A stretch of 64,000 nt of DNA, from the NCBI GenBank assembly GCA_964016885.1, contig OZ024766.1:8680001-8744000 (forward strand), given 5' to 3'. The position numbers and the translations under genes are program-made. The notes below the pieces were generated by a model, which saw nothing but the letters and a program-made list of their open reading frames with translations, searched no databases and was not told where the DNA came from. This DNA is from Eledone cirrhosa. Taxonomy: Eukaryota. Shown here piece by piece: positions 1-12,562 of the stretch (the stretch's first letter is position 1; every line of letters starts with the position of its first letter).

Positions 1-682
1 TGTTGTTGGTGGTGGTGGTGTTGTTGTTGTTGTTGTTGGTGGTGATGTTGTTAGTGGTATTGTTTGTGGCGGTGGCGGTGTTGTTAGTGGTATTGTTTGT
101 GGTGGTGATGTTGACGTTGGTGGTGTTGTTGTTAGTCGTATTGTTTGTGGCGGTGGTGGTGTTGTGGTGGTGGTGGTGGTGTTGTGGTGGTGGTGGTGGT
201 GTTGTTAGTGGTATTGTTTGTGGTGGTGATGTTGTTGGTGGTGTTGTTGTTAGTCGTATTGTTTGTGGCGGTGGTGGTGTTGTGGTGGTGGCGGTGATGT
301 TGTGGTGGTGGTGGTGGTGTTGTTAGTGGTATTGTTTGTGGTGGTGATGTTGATTGTGGTGGTGGTGTTGTTAGTCGTATTATTTGTGGCGGTGGTGGTG
401 TTGTGGTGGTGGTGGTGGTGCTGTTAGTGGTATTGTTTGTGGTGGTGATGTTGATTGTGGTGGTGGTGTTGTTGTTGGTGGTGGTGTTGTTAGTCGTATT
501 GTTTGTGGCGGTGGTGGTGTTGTGGTGGTGTTGTGGTGGTGTTGTTAGTCGTATTGTTTGTGGCGGTGGTGGTGGTGTTGATTGTGGTGGTGGTGGTGTT
601 GTTGATTGTGATAGAGGAAACGTGGCGATCAAAGGGCGAGAACGAGAAGGCGGCGATAGTGGTGGTGGTGGTGGTGGCGTGG

Positions 683-731
<49 letters not shown>

Positions 732-745
732 TGCGCGTGCGTATG
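1..745. repeat. GGT/GTT compound trinucleotide low-complexity array followed by (GT)n
   Basis: Recurring GTTAGT(C/G)GTATTGTTTGTGG spacers within (GGT)n/(GTT)n. Confidence 0.9.
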
Positions 746-752
746 AATATCG

Positions 753-1011
753 TTAGTGTTTGAAGTTCGGATCACTCGGGTAGCAAAATGACGAGCTGGA
801 TGGATGGATGAGGCGGGTGTGTGGTTGGGCGGGTGGTGACGAGTTTTTAAGGAGGGCAGATCGACCCCGTTGGGTTTGTGTGGTCGGTGAGTGGATGGAG
901 ACGTATGAAGGCCTCCCCTTTTCTGTGTTGAGATTTCGACTGGGCTGAGCTATCTGATTTAGGGTGGTGGTGGATGATAAGGTGGGAACAGAAGGGTGAC
1001 GGGTGTGTACA
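753..1011 (-). CDS. Candidate terminal exon of an unidentified minus-strand transcript
   Basis: Unique sequence open to TAA at 753-755 after a ttctatag acceptor (phase 2). Compatible with a phase-2 CAG|GTAAAT donor at 2284. No recognisable protein motif. Confidence 0.2.
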
Positions 1012-1021
1012 CTATAGAAGC

Positions 1022-1066
<45 letters not shown>

Positions 1067-1072
1067 TATGTG

Positions 1073-1108
<36 letters not shown>

Positions 1109-1225
1109 CAGAAATAACACGATCTATACAGTATATATGTATATATGTAGACGTTATATTTAATTTGTTGGGATACAACAAGCAAATATTTTTATAACTG
1201 ATATAAAGCACTCAACTTAATATAT

Positions 1226-1273
<48 letters not shown>

Positions 1274-1721
1274 GTTCGTTTTTTAATTTGTTTTGCGAGG
1301 TTTCTTATCTAAAAACTCGTGTTAAGTGGGACAGACCGACCCGGGTGTATCTGTGATTGAGAGGGTTAAATGCCTTATCTTCTCTCTCTGTATCTATTTA
1401 GAAGCATTCAACTGTATTTTTCTGGAGTATAATATCCATGATATATATATATACACCTATATATATGATAGTGCTATTGATAGTAGTGGTAGTGTTAGTG
1501 ATAATGGTGGGGGAGATAGCTGTAGTGTTTTATATATATATATATTTATATATAAAATATTAAAAAAATAATGAATATTTAATATTTTATCTTGACTCTG
1601 TATTCCGTTTATCTTTCACCGAAAGTGATTTTTCATTGCATCTCTTCTTTCCATGATATCCGGAATACATTGAGTTCTTCATACGGATTGGACACTACCG
1701 TAAACTCTTGGTAGATTTATC

Positions 1722-1771
<50 letters not shown>

Positions 1772-2439
1772 AGCAAAATATCGACCCCGGCGCCAAACGG
1801 TTCCGGCTTGTGTTCAATAATTTTTTTTATTATGAGAGATAGATTGACAGGCGTGTGTGTGTGTGTGTGTGTGTAGAGAGAGAGAGAAGTAGATAAACAG
1901 ATCTCTTTGTGTGTGTGTGGATAGATAGATAGATAGATAGATAGACAAGTAAATAAATAGATGGAGAGAGAGAGAGGACTGGACGAGGGCAAGAGAGACA
2001 GAGAGAAAGGACGAGAGACAGAGAAAGAAAGGACGAGAGACAGAGAAAGAAAGGACGAGAGACAGAGAGAGAAAGGACGAGAGACAGAGAGAGAAAGGAC
2101 GAGAGACAGAGAAAGAAAGAACGAAATAGAGAGAGGGAGAGAGAAACAGAGAGAAAGGACGAGAGAGATAGAGAAGAGAGAGTATAAGGGACGTAACTAC
2201 AGTTCACAAAGTGTGTATATGTGGAGGGAGGGGGGTGTCGGAGTCGGGTCGAGAAGGATGAGGAAGGGGGAGGGTTAATTTACCTGAACCCTAAGCTACT
2301 CATGGTGGTGGTGGTGGTGTCGTGGTGGATGGGGTGTTTTGTAGTGGAGGTTGTTGTCGAATGTTCACGGAGACCCACCCCGTGTCTTGTGTCACCCTTG
2401 GGTGATTCTCCGGAAAGTTGGGAATAGAGAAAGATGGGA

Positions 2440-3290
2440 CACTGGGCCAACGATGCGCCAGTTAACACGCACACCCCAAACAAACTTCTCTTAATGGGGC
2501 GAGGAAGGGCGAACGTGGGTCCCTGGACCAACGATGTACCGGTAAAACACACATACACACCTTAACGAAGAAGGGACCCTAGACCCAACGACATACCAGT
2601 TAACATACACACCAGCCAAGATAGGACCCTAGGCACAGTCGTGTACCAGTTAACATACACGCCTCCCAGCCAAACTTTTCTTGAAGGAAGGAAAGCCGAA
2701 GAGGGGTCCTCAAGCCCAACGAAGTACCAGTCAACACACACACAACAGTCAAACTTTTTTTAATGGGAGGAAGGGCGAAGATGCGACCCAAGGCCCAACG
2801 ATGTACACCAGTCAAGAAAGGTCCCTAGACCCAACGATGAACGAGTTACCACACACACCAGCCTAGATGTACCTCCCAGTCAAACTTCTCTTGAAGGAAT
2901 GAAGGGCGAAGATGCGACTCCAGGCCCAACTATGTATCGGTCAACACACACCTGCCAAAAAAAAAAATGTCCCTAGGCCCAACGATATCCCAGTTACCAC
3001 ACACCAGTCAAGAAGGGACCCCAGGTCCAACGATGTCCCAGTTAACACACACAAGTCAAGAAGGGACCCCAGGTCCAACGATGTCCCAGTTAACACACAC
3101 AAGTCAAGAAGGGACCCCAGGTCCAACGATGTCCCAGTTAACACACACAAGTCAAGAAGGGACCCCAGGTCCAACGATGTCCCAGTTAACACACACAAGT
3201 CAAGAAGGGACCCCAGGTCCAACGATGTCCCAGTTAACACACACAAGTCAAGAAGGGACCCACAAACAGACACATCTCCCAGTCAAACTT
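2440..3290. repeat. 48-bp minisatellite (CAAGAAGGGACCCCAGGTCCAACGATGTCCCAGTTAACACACACAAGT), about 5-6 near-perfect copies at ~2990-3260 with degenerate copies upstream
   Basis: Direct tandem repetition; 16-aa periodicity in three ORFs. Confidence 0.9.
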
Positions 3291-4140
3291 CTCTTAAAGT
3301 TGACAGCTGTTTAGCGGTACCTTACAAACGACACCAAAGCCCACCCCCGACCCGAGTAAAGGGGGGATGACAAAATATCAAACAATATTTCCAAACCTCC
3401 TCTGCCTGGAACTCAGACCACCTCCTCCTCCAAAAATAAAAAAAAAGGGGACAAATCGTCGTTAAGGTAATCCACTCCGATTCTGAGGGTACACGTCAGG
3501 TTGGCCCTCGTTAGGGGTGAGTTGGTTGTTGTGGTGTGTAGGGGTAGTTGTGATGTTGGGGTGTTGGGTGTTGTGTTGTATAGGGGGTAGTTGTGATGGT
3601 GGTGGTGGTGTTTGTGGTGGTGGTGTTGTGTATGGGGTAGTTGTGGTGTTGTTGGTGGTGGTGGTGTAGAAGAAAGACAGAGAGCAGGGCACGGGAGAAA
3701 GAGAGAGGGAGGGAGGGAATGAGAGGGGGAAGAGAAAGAAAGAAAGCAAAGAGAGAGAGACAGGGGGAAGACGAGAGAAAGGAAGAAAAAGAAGAAAAAC
3801 AAAGAAGAAAATGAAAGTGACTATATTTTCTCCTCCCTCACTTTCTTTACTTTAACCCTAGGTCAGCCCTGGGACCAGAAAGAGAGAACAGATCAAGGAA
3901 CGATTGCAAGAAGCGTTCCACTTATGGCCGCACCATAGTTTTCTGTAAATTTCAAATAATGTTAGACTAATATATGTATATATGTATATATATATATGTC
4001 CATAGGGTTTGGGGTATTTTGTGGGGCTAAAATGGTAGAGTCGGGTAGGGAAGCGATTTGAATGATGAAGGGGAGATTTGGCTGCTATTTCTAACAGGCT
4101 ATCCAGCTAGCTAGAGATATATATATGGATAGATAGACAG

Positions 4141-4171
<31 letters not shown>

Positions 4172-4201
4172 CTAATAAATGGAAACTATTATATATATAT
4201 C

Positions 4202-4300
4202 TCGCCGAAGTTAACTTTGCCTTTCATCCTTACGGAGCCGATAAAATAAAGTACCAGTAATACACTGGGTATTTGCTGGCCTTGTGCCAAAAGTTGAACC
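4202..4300 (+). mobile_element. 3' part of tRNA-derived SINE (Meta/MESC-like central domain)
   Basis: AACTTTGCCTTTCATCCTTACGGAGCCGATAAAATAAAGTACCAG is shared with fuller copies at 17299, 47341, 53060, 54251, 54390 and 63495. Confidence 0.75.
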
Positions 4301-4353
4301 AATTATATATATTTCAAGGGTACCAACATTTGTTGCATTAAATATCCCTTTTG

Positions 4354-4403
<50 letters not shown>

Positions 4404-4520
4404 ATTTACTTGCAAACCGCCAGAGATTCGATTTTACTGATTTCCAATTATATATATATATATATATATATATATCGAATTTACTTGCAAACCGCCAGAG
4501 ATTCGATTTTACTGATTTCC

Positions 4521-4567
<47 letters not shown>

Positions 4568-4683
4568 TAATAATAATAAATTTGAAGACTAAAATCCAAA
4601 GAGGGCTCGATAAGGATAAATATATATCAAATATATAAGAACTCTAGAGCAAATATTTATTAATTAATCTGTTACTTTAATAA

Positions 4684-4719
<36 letters not shown>

Positions 4720-4794
4720 AATTTGAAGACTAAAATCCAAAGAGGGCTCGATAAGGATAAATATATATCAAATATATAAGAACCCTAGAGAAAA

Positions 4795-4843
4795 TTTCAG
4801 AAGATCCCGTTAAGGGTGAAAGCAGCGATTATTTGCTTAAACT
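4795..4843 (+). ncRNA. Hammerhead-like motif, CAGAAGA-core family
   Basis: TTT-CAGAAGA-T-CCC-GTTAA-GGG-T-GAAA-GCA...TGC-TT-AAA. Same family as 33155, 46119, 48328-48462 and 63349. Confidence 0.5.
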
Positions 4844-4879
4844 TTAATCTATTATTTTAATAAATAAATATATATATAT

Positions 4880-4912
<33 letters not shown>

Positions 4913-5121
4913 CAAATGTTAGTACAGCATTAATTAACCCTTAGTTTGCGGCTAAGCTAACAAATGTAGATTGGGTATGTAGCTTTAGCACTCAAATGGG
5001 GATAGTACCCCAGAGTAATAACTATGTTTAGACAGCTAAGCACAGCAAATATAGAGAGCGGCAGTCCAGCCGCATCACCACAGCAACGGGAATGGATGGA
5101 CTCAGGAAAAGATTTTAGACT

Positions 5122-5187
<66 letters not shown>

Positions 5188-5232
5188 GAGGTTATATTTA
5201 ATTTGTTTGGGATACAACAAGCTTAAAAATAT

Positions 5233-5275
<43 letters not shown>

Positions 5276-5311
5276 AGAGAGAGAGAGAGAGAGAGAGAGA
5301 GATATAGAGAA

Positions 5312-5346
<35 letters not shown>

Positions 5347-5493
5347 TAGACAGGTAGATATATATATATATATATATATATAGATAGATTTCTTTATTAG
5401 CCACAGGGGCACAAAAGAAGGGGACAAATAGATAGATAGATAGATAGATAGATATATAGACAGGTAGATAGATATACAGATATATAGATGGAC

Positions 5494-5544
<51 letters not shown>

Positions 5545-6056
5545 TAGATAGATAGATAGATATATAGATGGACAGGTAGATAGATATATATATATAGATA
5601 GATATATAGATAGACAGGTAGATAGATATATATATATATATAGATAGATATATAGATAGACAGGTAGATAGATATAGATATATAGAGAGAGGTAGATATA
5701 TATAGAGAGATATATAGACAGACAGGTAGATATATATATATATAGAGATAGATATATAGACAGGTAGATATATATATATAGATATATAGACAGACAGGTA
5801 GATATATATATATATAGAGATAGATATATAGACAGGTAGATATATATATATATAGATAGACAGGTAGATATATATATATATATATAGATAGATATATAGA
5901 TGGACAGGTAGATATATATATATATATATAGACAGACAGGTATATATATATATGTATATATATATATAGATAGACAGGTAGTTTAAAGTTCAAAGATCAA
6001 GACCCAGGCCAACTTACTTAGATTCAATAGAATCAAGTTATTTCACCAGGTAAGAG

Positions 6057-6968
6057 AAGGTAAATGAAAGGGTGAAGGTGGGGTAGGGTGAAGGTGGGGT
6101 AGGGTGAAGGTGGGGTAGGGTGAAGGTGGGGTAGGGTGAAGGTAGGGTAGAGTGAAGGTGAGGTAGGGTGAAGGTGAGGTAGGGTTAAGGTGGGGTAGGG
6201 TGAAGGTGAGGTAGGGTTAAGGTGAGGAAAGGTGAAGTTGAGATAGGGTGAAGGTGAGGTAGGATGAAGGTGAGGAAGGGTGAAGGTGAGGTAGGGTTAA
6301 GGTGAGGTAGGGTTAAGGTGGGGTAGGGTGAAGGTGAGGTAGGGTGAAGGTGAGGTAGGGTTAATCTGAGGTAGGGTTAGTGTGAGGTAGGGTGAAGGTG
6401 AGGTAGGGTGAAGGTAAATGAAAGGGTGAAGGTGAGGTAGGGAGAAGGTAAATGAAAGGGTGAAGGTGAGGTAGGGAGAAGGTAAATGAAAGGGTGAAGG
6501 TGAGGTAGGGAGAAGGTAAATGAAAGGGTGAAGGTGAGGTAGGGAGAAGGTAAATGAAAGGGTGAAGGTGAGGTAGGGAGAAGGTAAATGAAAGGGTGAA
6601 GGTGAGGTAGGGAGAAGGTAAATGAAAGGGTGAAGGTGAGGTAGGGAGAAGGTAAATGAAAGGGTGAAGGTGAGGTAGGGAGAAGGTAAATGAAAGGGTG
6701 AAGGTGAGGTAGGGAGAAGGTAAATGAAAGGGTGAAGGTGAGGTAGGGAGAAGGTAAATGAAAGGATGAAGGTGAGGTAGAGTGAAGGTGGGGTAGGGTG
6801 AAGGTGAGGTAGGGTGAAGGTAGGGTAGAGTGAAGGTGAGGTAGGGAGAAGGTAAATGAAAGGGTGAAGGTGAGGTAGGGAGAAGGTAAATGAAAGGGTG
6901 AAGGTGAGGTAGAGTGAAGGTGAGGTAGGGTGAAGGTGAGGTAGGGTTAAGGTGGGGTCGAGTGAAGC
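6057..6968. repeat. G-rich minisatellite with 16-bp (GGTGAAGGTGAGGTAG) and 34-bp (GGTGAAGGTGAGGTAGGGAGAAGGTAAATGAAAG) units
   Basis: Direct tandem repetition; strongly purine-biased strand. Confidence 0.92.
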
Positions 6969-7111
6969 TAGTTAGACAGGTATGTTGATATTTAAGTAGG
7001 TAGGTATGTCGACACAAGTAGGGTGGATGTATATAATACAGCAACCATCAAATATTTTGAATGACTTGGTGGGGAGGGGGGAGACACAACACAACGTGTT
7101 TTATCAGATCT

Positions 7112-8150
7112 TATGTGTATATATTGTTGTGTATAATGTGTGTATATATTGTTGTTTAATGTGTGTATATATTGTGTATAATGTGTGTATATATTGTTGT
7201 GTATAATGTGTGTATATATTGTTGTGTATAATGTGTGTATATATTGTTGTGTTTAATGTGTGTATATATTGTTGTGTTTAATGTGTGTATATTGTGTTTA
7301 ATGTGTGTATATATTGTTGTGTTTAATGTGTATATATTGTGTTTAATGTGTGTATATATTGTGTATAATGTGTGTGTATATATTGTTGTGTAATGTGTGT
7401 GTATATATTGTTGTGTATAATGTGTGTGTGTATATATTGTTGTGTATAATGTGTGTATATATTGTTGTGTATATAGTGTATAATGTGTATATATTGTTGT
7501 GTATAATGTGTGTATATATTGTTGTGTATAATGTGTGTGTATATATTGTGTATAATGTGTGTATGTATATATTGTTGTGTATAATGTGTGTATATATTGT
7601 GTATAATGTGTGTATGTATATATTGTTGTGTATAATGTGTGTATATATTGTTGTGTATAATGTGTGTATATTGTTGTGTATAATGTGTGTATATATTGTT
7701 GTGTTTAATGTGTGTGTATATATTGTGTATAATGTGTGTATATATTGTGTATGTGTGTATGTATATATTGTTGTGTATAATGTGTGTATATATTGTTGTG
7801 TTTAATGTGTATATATTGTTGTGTTTAATGTGTATATATTGTTGTGTTTAATGTGTATATATTGTTGTGTTTAATGTGTATATATTGTTGTGTTTAATGT
7901 GTATATATTGTTGTGTATGTGTGTATGTATATATTGTTGTGTTTAATGTGTATATATTGTTGTGTTTAATGTGTATATATTGTTGTGTTTAATGTGTATA
8001 TATTGTTGTGTATGTGTGTATGTATATATTGTTGTGTTTAATGTGTGTGTATATATTATGTATAATGTGTGTATGTATATATTGTTGTGTTTAATGTGAG
8101 TATATATTGTTGTGTTTAATGTGTGTGTGTATATATTGTTGTTTAATGTG
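7112..8150. repeat. ~20-28 bp TG/TA-derived minisatellite (TGTGTATATATTGTTGTGT(A/T)TAA)
   Basis: Direct tandem repetition. Confidence 0.9.
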
Positions 8151-8399
8151 TGTGTGTGTATATATATATATATAGAGAGAGAGATGTGTGTGTATATATA
8201 TATATATATATACAGAGTGATTTGTATGATGTATGTATATATACAGAGAGAAAGAGAGAGATCTGTATGTGTATATATATATATATATAATATATATATA
8301 TATATAGAGAGAGAGAGATAATAGATGTGTGTGTATATATATATAGAGAGAGAGATAGATGTGTATATATATATATATAGAGAGAGAGAGATAGGTGTG

Positions 8400-8438
<39 letters not shown>

Positions 8439-9650
8439 GTGTGTCTATATATATATAGAGAGATAGATAGATGTGTATAGATTTGTACGATGTGTGTGTG
8501 TATATATGTATAGATCTGTATGTTGTGTGTATATATATATATATAGATCTGTATGTTGTGTGTATATATATATATATAGATCTGTATGTTGTGTGTATAT
8601 ATATATATATATATAGATCTGTATGTTGTGTATATATATAGAAAGAGACAGACAAGTATGGGTGTGTATATATATATATATAGAAAAGGCTTCTACAGAC
8701 TAATATATAAATAGATCTATATGGTGTGTATATGTATGTATATGAGTTAGTTTTTATGTATGTTGGTATATATAAATGTGTATTGTAACAGTATGTGTGT
8801 ATATATATATAGTTTCTTTTTTAATTGTAGATATGTTATGTATATACTAAATATATATATATATACTAAATATATACGTATTTAGATGTATGTATATATT
8901 TGTGTGTCAATATATAAATATATATATAGAGAGAGACGTAAAAGAAAAAATATAGGCACGTGTAAAGATATATATATGTGTGTGTGTATATATATATATT
9001 ATGTATACAATATTCACATGTATATGTGTGTGTGTATATATATATGTGTGTGTTGAAAGTGTGTGATGATGTTATATATATATATGTATGTATGTAGTGT
9101 CTGTGTGTGTATATAGTGTGTAGTGTCTATATATATCCTGTGCGTATATATATATAGTGTGTCTATGTAGTATATATGTCTGTGTAATGTCTATATAGAT
9201 CGTGTATGTGTGTGTGTGTATGTATATATATATATATATATATATATCGTGTATAGTGTCTGTATATCGTGTATATATATATATATATAGTGTGTCTATG
9301 CAGTATATATAATGTAATCCAAAATGACCACCTCCAACGACTCCTCCTCCTCCAAGTATATCTCGGGTAAGTCCTCAGCCTCTTCCGTGGGTAACATCCA
9401 ATATCCGCCTGATGATAATGCTGTTCGGATGAAGGACAAAATAAAAGAAAAAATAAACGCCTGAAGGAATTAGCAGTGACAGTTGCCTCTGCAGACAAAC
9501 CTCATTTGCTGCGTGGTTCATTCATTCATTTAATGGGTGACATTCTGCTACAGGACTCTCAGACGAACCGTCCAGTTTATAGTGGGTTTATATATGTCAC
9601 ACTCGGACATTCAGCTGAACAACGAGAGAAGGAAGCGTGTTTTACCAAGA

Positions 9651-9893
9651 ATACACAGAGGAGACTGAGGTTGGTTGGACATGCTCACCGACATCCAGAG
9701 TTGACATTGCACTCAGTGCTCATGTGGGAGTCCCTACATGGACACACTGGAAGTGGAAGACCAAGGTTAACGTATGTTGATGCCCTAAGGACAGACACTG
9801 GTCTGTTGGAGACGCAGGACATGGCAGCGATAATGAGGGACAGAGACCACTGGAGAGAACTCGTCCATGGATCTCGGGAATTTTACCCGCCCA
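9651..9893 (+). mobile_element. RTE-clade LINE 3' fragment
   Basis: [16 protein letters not shown]...[29 protein letters not shown]...RDRDHWRELV is a typical RTE ORF C-terminus; it ends at (TA)n. Confidence 0.88.
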
Positions 9894-10004
9894 CGAATAT
9901 ATATATATATATGTGTATGTAAAAGGTAAACAGAAATAACAACACAATCGGTACAGTATATGGAAGGTATATATTAGGTTAACGCTTGAAATAGCAGGAA
10001 GAGG

Positions 10005-10040
10005 GTCTTAACGTTTCGGACGCTAGTCCTTCATTAGAAG
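10005..10040 (-). ncRNA. Decayed hammerhead (CTAATGA core, G5A)
   Basis: Reverse complement CTT-CTAATGA-A-GGAC-TAGC-GTCC-GAAA-CG-TT-AAGA. Paralogue of the intact motif at 49578; the host element spans ~9920-10130. Confidence 0.6.
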
Positions 10041-10195
10041 AAAGAATGAGAAATAAAATAGACGGGATGGAATTGTAAAAAATGTCTTTAGATAAAAATA
10101 ATAGGTCCATTCATGTTGACATCTCTTGCAAAACATATATATATATATATATATATAGTAAGTTATGATTTCTCACGAATGAAACAGTTAATTAT

Positions 10196-10253
10196 TTCAT
10201 TTACCAGTGGTTTCTTGAAAGCAGATGTATCTGTTTTCAGTCGTCAGAATGAA
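10196..10253 (-). ncRNA. Type I hammerhead ribozyme motif
   Basis: Reverse complement TTCATT-CTGACGA-C-TGAAAACAGAT-AC-ATCTGCTTTCA-A-GAAA-CCACTGG-TA-AATGAA. Paralogue of 60374. Confidence 0.75.
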
Positions 10254-10568
10254 TAAAAAGCATGGTGTTTTTATTAAATATGGATTTGAAAACAAAATTT
10301 AAGAAATATGAAAGTGAGGCTGAGATATGTATTGAGTACTCTGGTGCGTTACGGTCCACCTGGTTCCTTACCACACTTCCTTCGTTATATATATATGTTG
10401 CCAATATTATAAACACACGTTGCCAATAAAAAGAAACACACGCACCATATAATTTTCACTTTATCTTTATTGTTCGTTAATCATTCGTTTCTCAAAGTTC
10501 TTTCGTCACACATTCTGTGACCACCTCAATAAATCTAGCCGAACAAATACAGAAACATAATGAATGTG

Positions 10569-10600
<32 letters not shown>

Positions 10601-10664
10601 AATGAAAAGTATAGAAATTATTGTGAGCAAAGAAGCCAACAGTATTCCATAATATATATGTATA

Positions 10665-10695
<31 letters not shown>

Positions 10696-10924
10696 TATTC
10701 AAGATGTTAACAAATATAATAAAGTATATATTTTGATTATGAGAATATTTTTCATTTCTTAACATATTGAATAATATTAAAAACCCCAGGAAAACCTCTG
10801 GTTGAGTGCTTCTAATCTATTGTAAAATTGTATTCGTTGAGTAATCGACGAACCATACTAATATATATGTAGACTTTGCACTTTCCTGTTGACAAGTGTT
10901 TTTAGGCCTCACATCATGTTACCT

Positions 10925-10994
10925 TATTTCATCTGATGAGAACACAATTTTTGTCCCAGGATGATGTTGTTTTCGAAATGCGCATAATAAAATA
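10925..10994 (+). ncRNA. Type I hammerhead ribozyme motif with palindromic helix III
   Basis: TATTTCAT-CTGATGA-G...C-GAAA-TGCGCA-TA-ATAAAATA. Paralogue of 41100 and 30475. Confidence 0.7.
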
Positions 10995-11125
10995 TATGGA
11001 ACTTTTTTTAACCATCTTTTAATTTCTTCTTTTATATATATATATATATATATATATTTCGTTTCTGAATTTGTTTAGCAAGATTCTTTATCTGAAAACT
11101 TGTGTTGAAACCGATATTGTTATAT

Positions 11126-11470
11126 TTTGGGAGGGTCATGTTGCCAATAAGAAACACACGCACCAGTTGCCATCACTCCAATTTATTATAAATTAAATTA
11201 TAAATTTAAATATTTATAAATTTCCGGTTGGTTGGTTGGTTCCACAACCGGACGGTTGTTCATATATTGTTAAAGTTCTTTCGTCACACATTCTGTGACC
11301 TCTTCAGAATGTGTGACGAAAGAACTTTGACAATATATGAACAACCGTCCGGTTGTGGAACCAACCAACCGGAAATTTATAAATATTTAAATTTATAATT
11401 TAATTTATAATAAATTGGAGTGAAAACAACTGGTGCGTGTGTTTCTTATTGACAACATGACCCTCCAAAA
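11126..11470. repeat. ~345-bp near-perfect palindrome with a hammerhead core at its apex (minus strand ~11273-11307)
   Basis: Arms GGAGGGTCATGTTG...TTTCGTCACACATTCTG and CAGAATGTGTGACGAAA...CAACATGACCCTCC. The minus strand at the apex reads CTGAAGA-G-GTCACA-GAATG-TGTGAC-GAAA-GAAC-TT. Confidence 0.88.
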
Positions 11471-11494
11471 GTATATATATATACATGTATATAT

Positions 11495-11567
11495 TGCTAC
11501 TACCACAACTACTACTACCACCACTACTACTATTACAACTGCGACTATTAACACTGCTACTACCACC

Positions 11568-11608
<41 letters not shown>

Positions 11609-11835
11609 CACTACTACTACTACCACCATGACTACTACTGCTACCACCATTACTACTACCACCACCACTATTACTACTACTACTATTAGTATTACCATCA
11701 TCACCACCACTACTACTACCACATCAACCACCACCACTACTACTACTACTACTACCACCACGACTAGCTACAACCATTACTACTACCACCACCACTACTA
11801 TTACCATCATCACCACCACTACTACTACCACATCA
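11495..11835. repeat. (ACT/ACC)n trinucleotide tract
   Basis: Direct inspection. Confidence 0.9.
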
Positions 11836-11910
11836 ACCAGCCATGCAGACAGTCAGCCAGCCATCTAGCCCCAAATACCAAACTACGGCTACAGTATCAG
11901 TCGCTATACC

Positions 11911-11924
11911 GTAACTATGTAAAC
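11911..11924. promoter_or_regulatory. Possible RFX X-box-like element upstream of the CETN3 start codon
   Basis: GTAACTATGTAAAC (reverse GTTTACATAGTTAC) is one mismatch from a typical X-box and lies about 45 bp before the ATG of a centriole/cilia gene. Motif match only. Confidence 0.25.
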
Positions 11925-11967
11925 TTTATTTACTAGCCACATAACCACACTTGGTTCTCTGAAGAAG

Positions 11968-11984
11968 ATGAACTTACCACTAAG
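11968..11984 (+). CDS. CETN3: Centrin-3 exon 1 (MNLPL-R, 17 nt)
   Basis: ATGAACTTACCACTAAG followed by donor GTTAGT. The phase-2 donor joins the phase-2 acceptor at 13716. MNLPLR resembles the MSLALR start of vertebrate centrin-3. Confidence 0.8.
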
Positions 11985-12178
11985 GTTAGTCCCTCTCTGT
12001 CTCTCTCTCTCTATATATATATATATATGTATGTATGTGTGTATATATACGTATACGATCGTATATATATCCTTATAAATGCATATATATACATACATAA
12101 AAATATAAATTCAGCGAGAATCGTATTTCGGCGGGAAGAAAAAGCGAAACGAAACGCAAAATCGTAGATATGTTGGCA

Positions 12179-12220
<42 letters not shown>

Positions 12221-12231
12221 ATGTGTGTGTG

Positions 12232-12488
12232 TAAGGGTGTTGGACTTACGATCATAATGTCGTAGGTTCGATTCCCGGGCTGGGTTATGTGATGTGTTCT
12301 TGAGCAAAACCCTTCATTTCCCGTTGCTCCAGTACCAGCAATAGCTGGTAATTTAACCCTTCTATGGACTGGCGTCGTGTCCAGGGTAAAGTCGTGTACT
12401 CTGAATTCAAATCTCGCCACGGGTCAACTTTGCCTTTCATCCTTTCGGGGTTGATAAAAAAAAATACCGGTCTAGTACTGGGTCGATT
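12232..12488 (+). mobile_element. tRNA-derived CORE-type SINE fragment followed by a Meta-domain SINE fragment
   Basis: B-box GGTTCGATTCCC and CORE-like GTGTTCTTGAGCAAAACCCTTCATTTC...TTGCTCCAGT, then GAATTCAAATCTCGCC...TCAACTTTGCCTTTCATCCTTTCGGGGTTGATAAA. Confidence 0.7.
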
Positions 12489-12526
12489 CTTCCTCTATAT
12501 CTCTTTCTCATTTCCTCTCTCTCACT

Positions 12527-12559
<33 letters not shown>

Positions 12560-12562
<3 letters not shown>

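Noticed and set aside
2912-3370. 152-aa repeat protein
   Set aside because: The 48-bp minisatellite is open in multiple frames, and the degenerate upstream units contain stops and frameshifts.
9408-9440. CTGATGA core (similar cases at 43771, 54696, 42036 minus, 13128 and 57672 minus)
   Set aside because: No stem II plus GAAA plus stem I arrangement could be paired; 42036 is cut by a TA tract and cannot be evaluated.
12240-12290. tRNA gene suggested by B-box GGTTCGATTCCC
   Set aside because: Runs directly into a CORE-like SINE body, with no cloverleaf acceptor stem or terminator.
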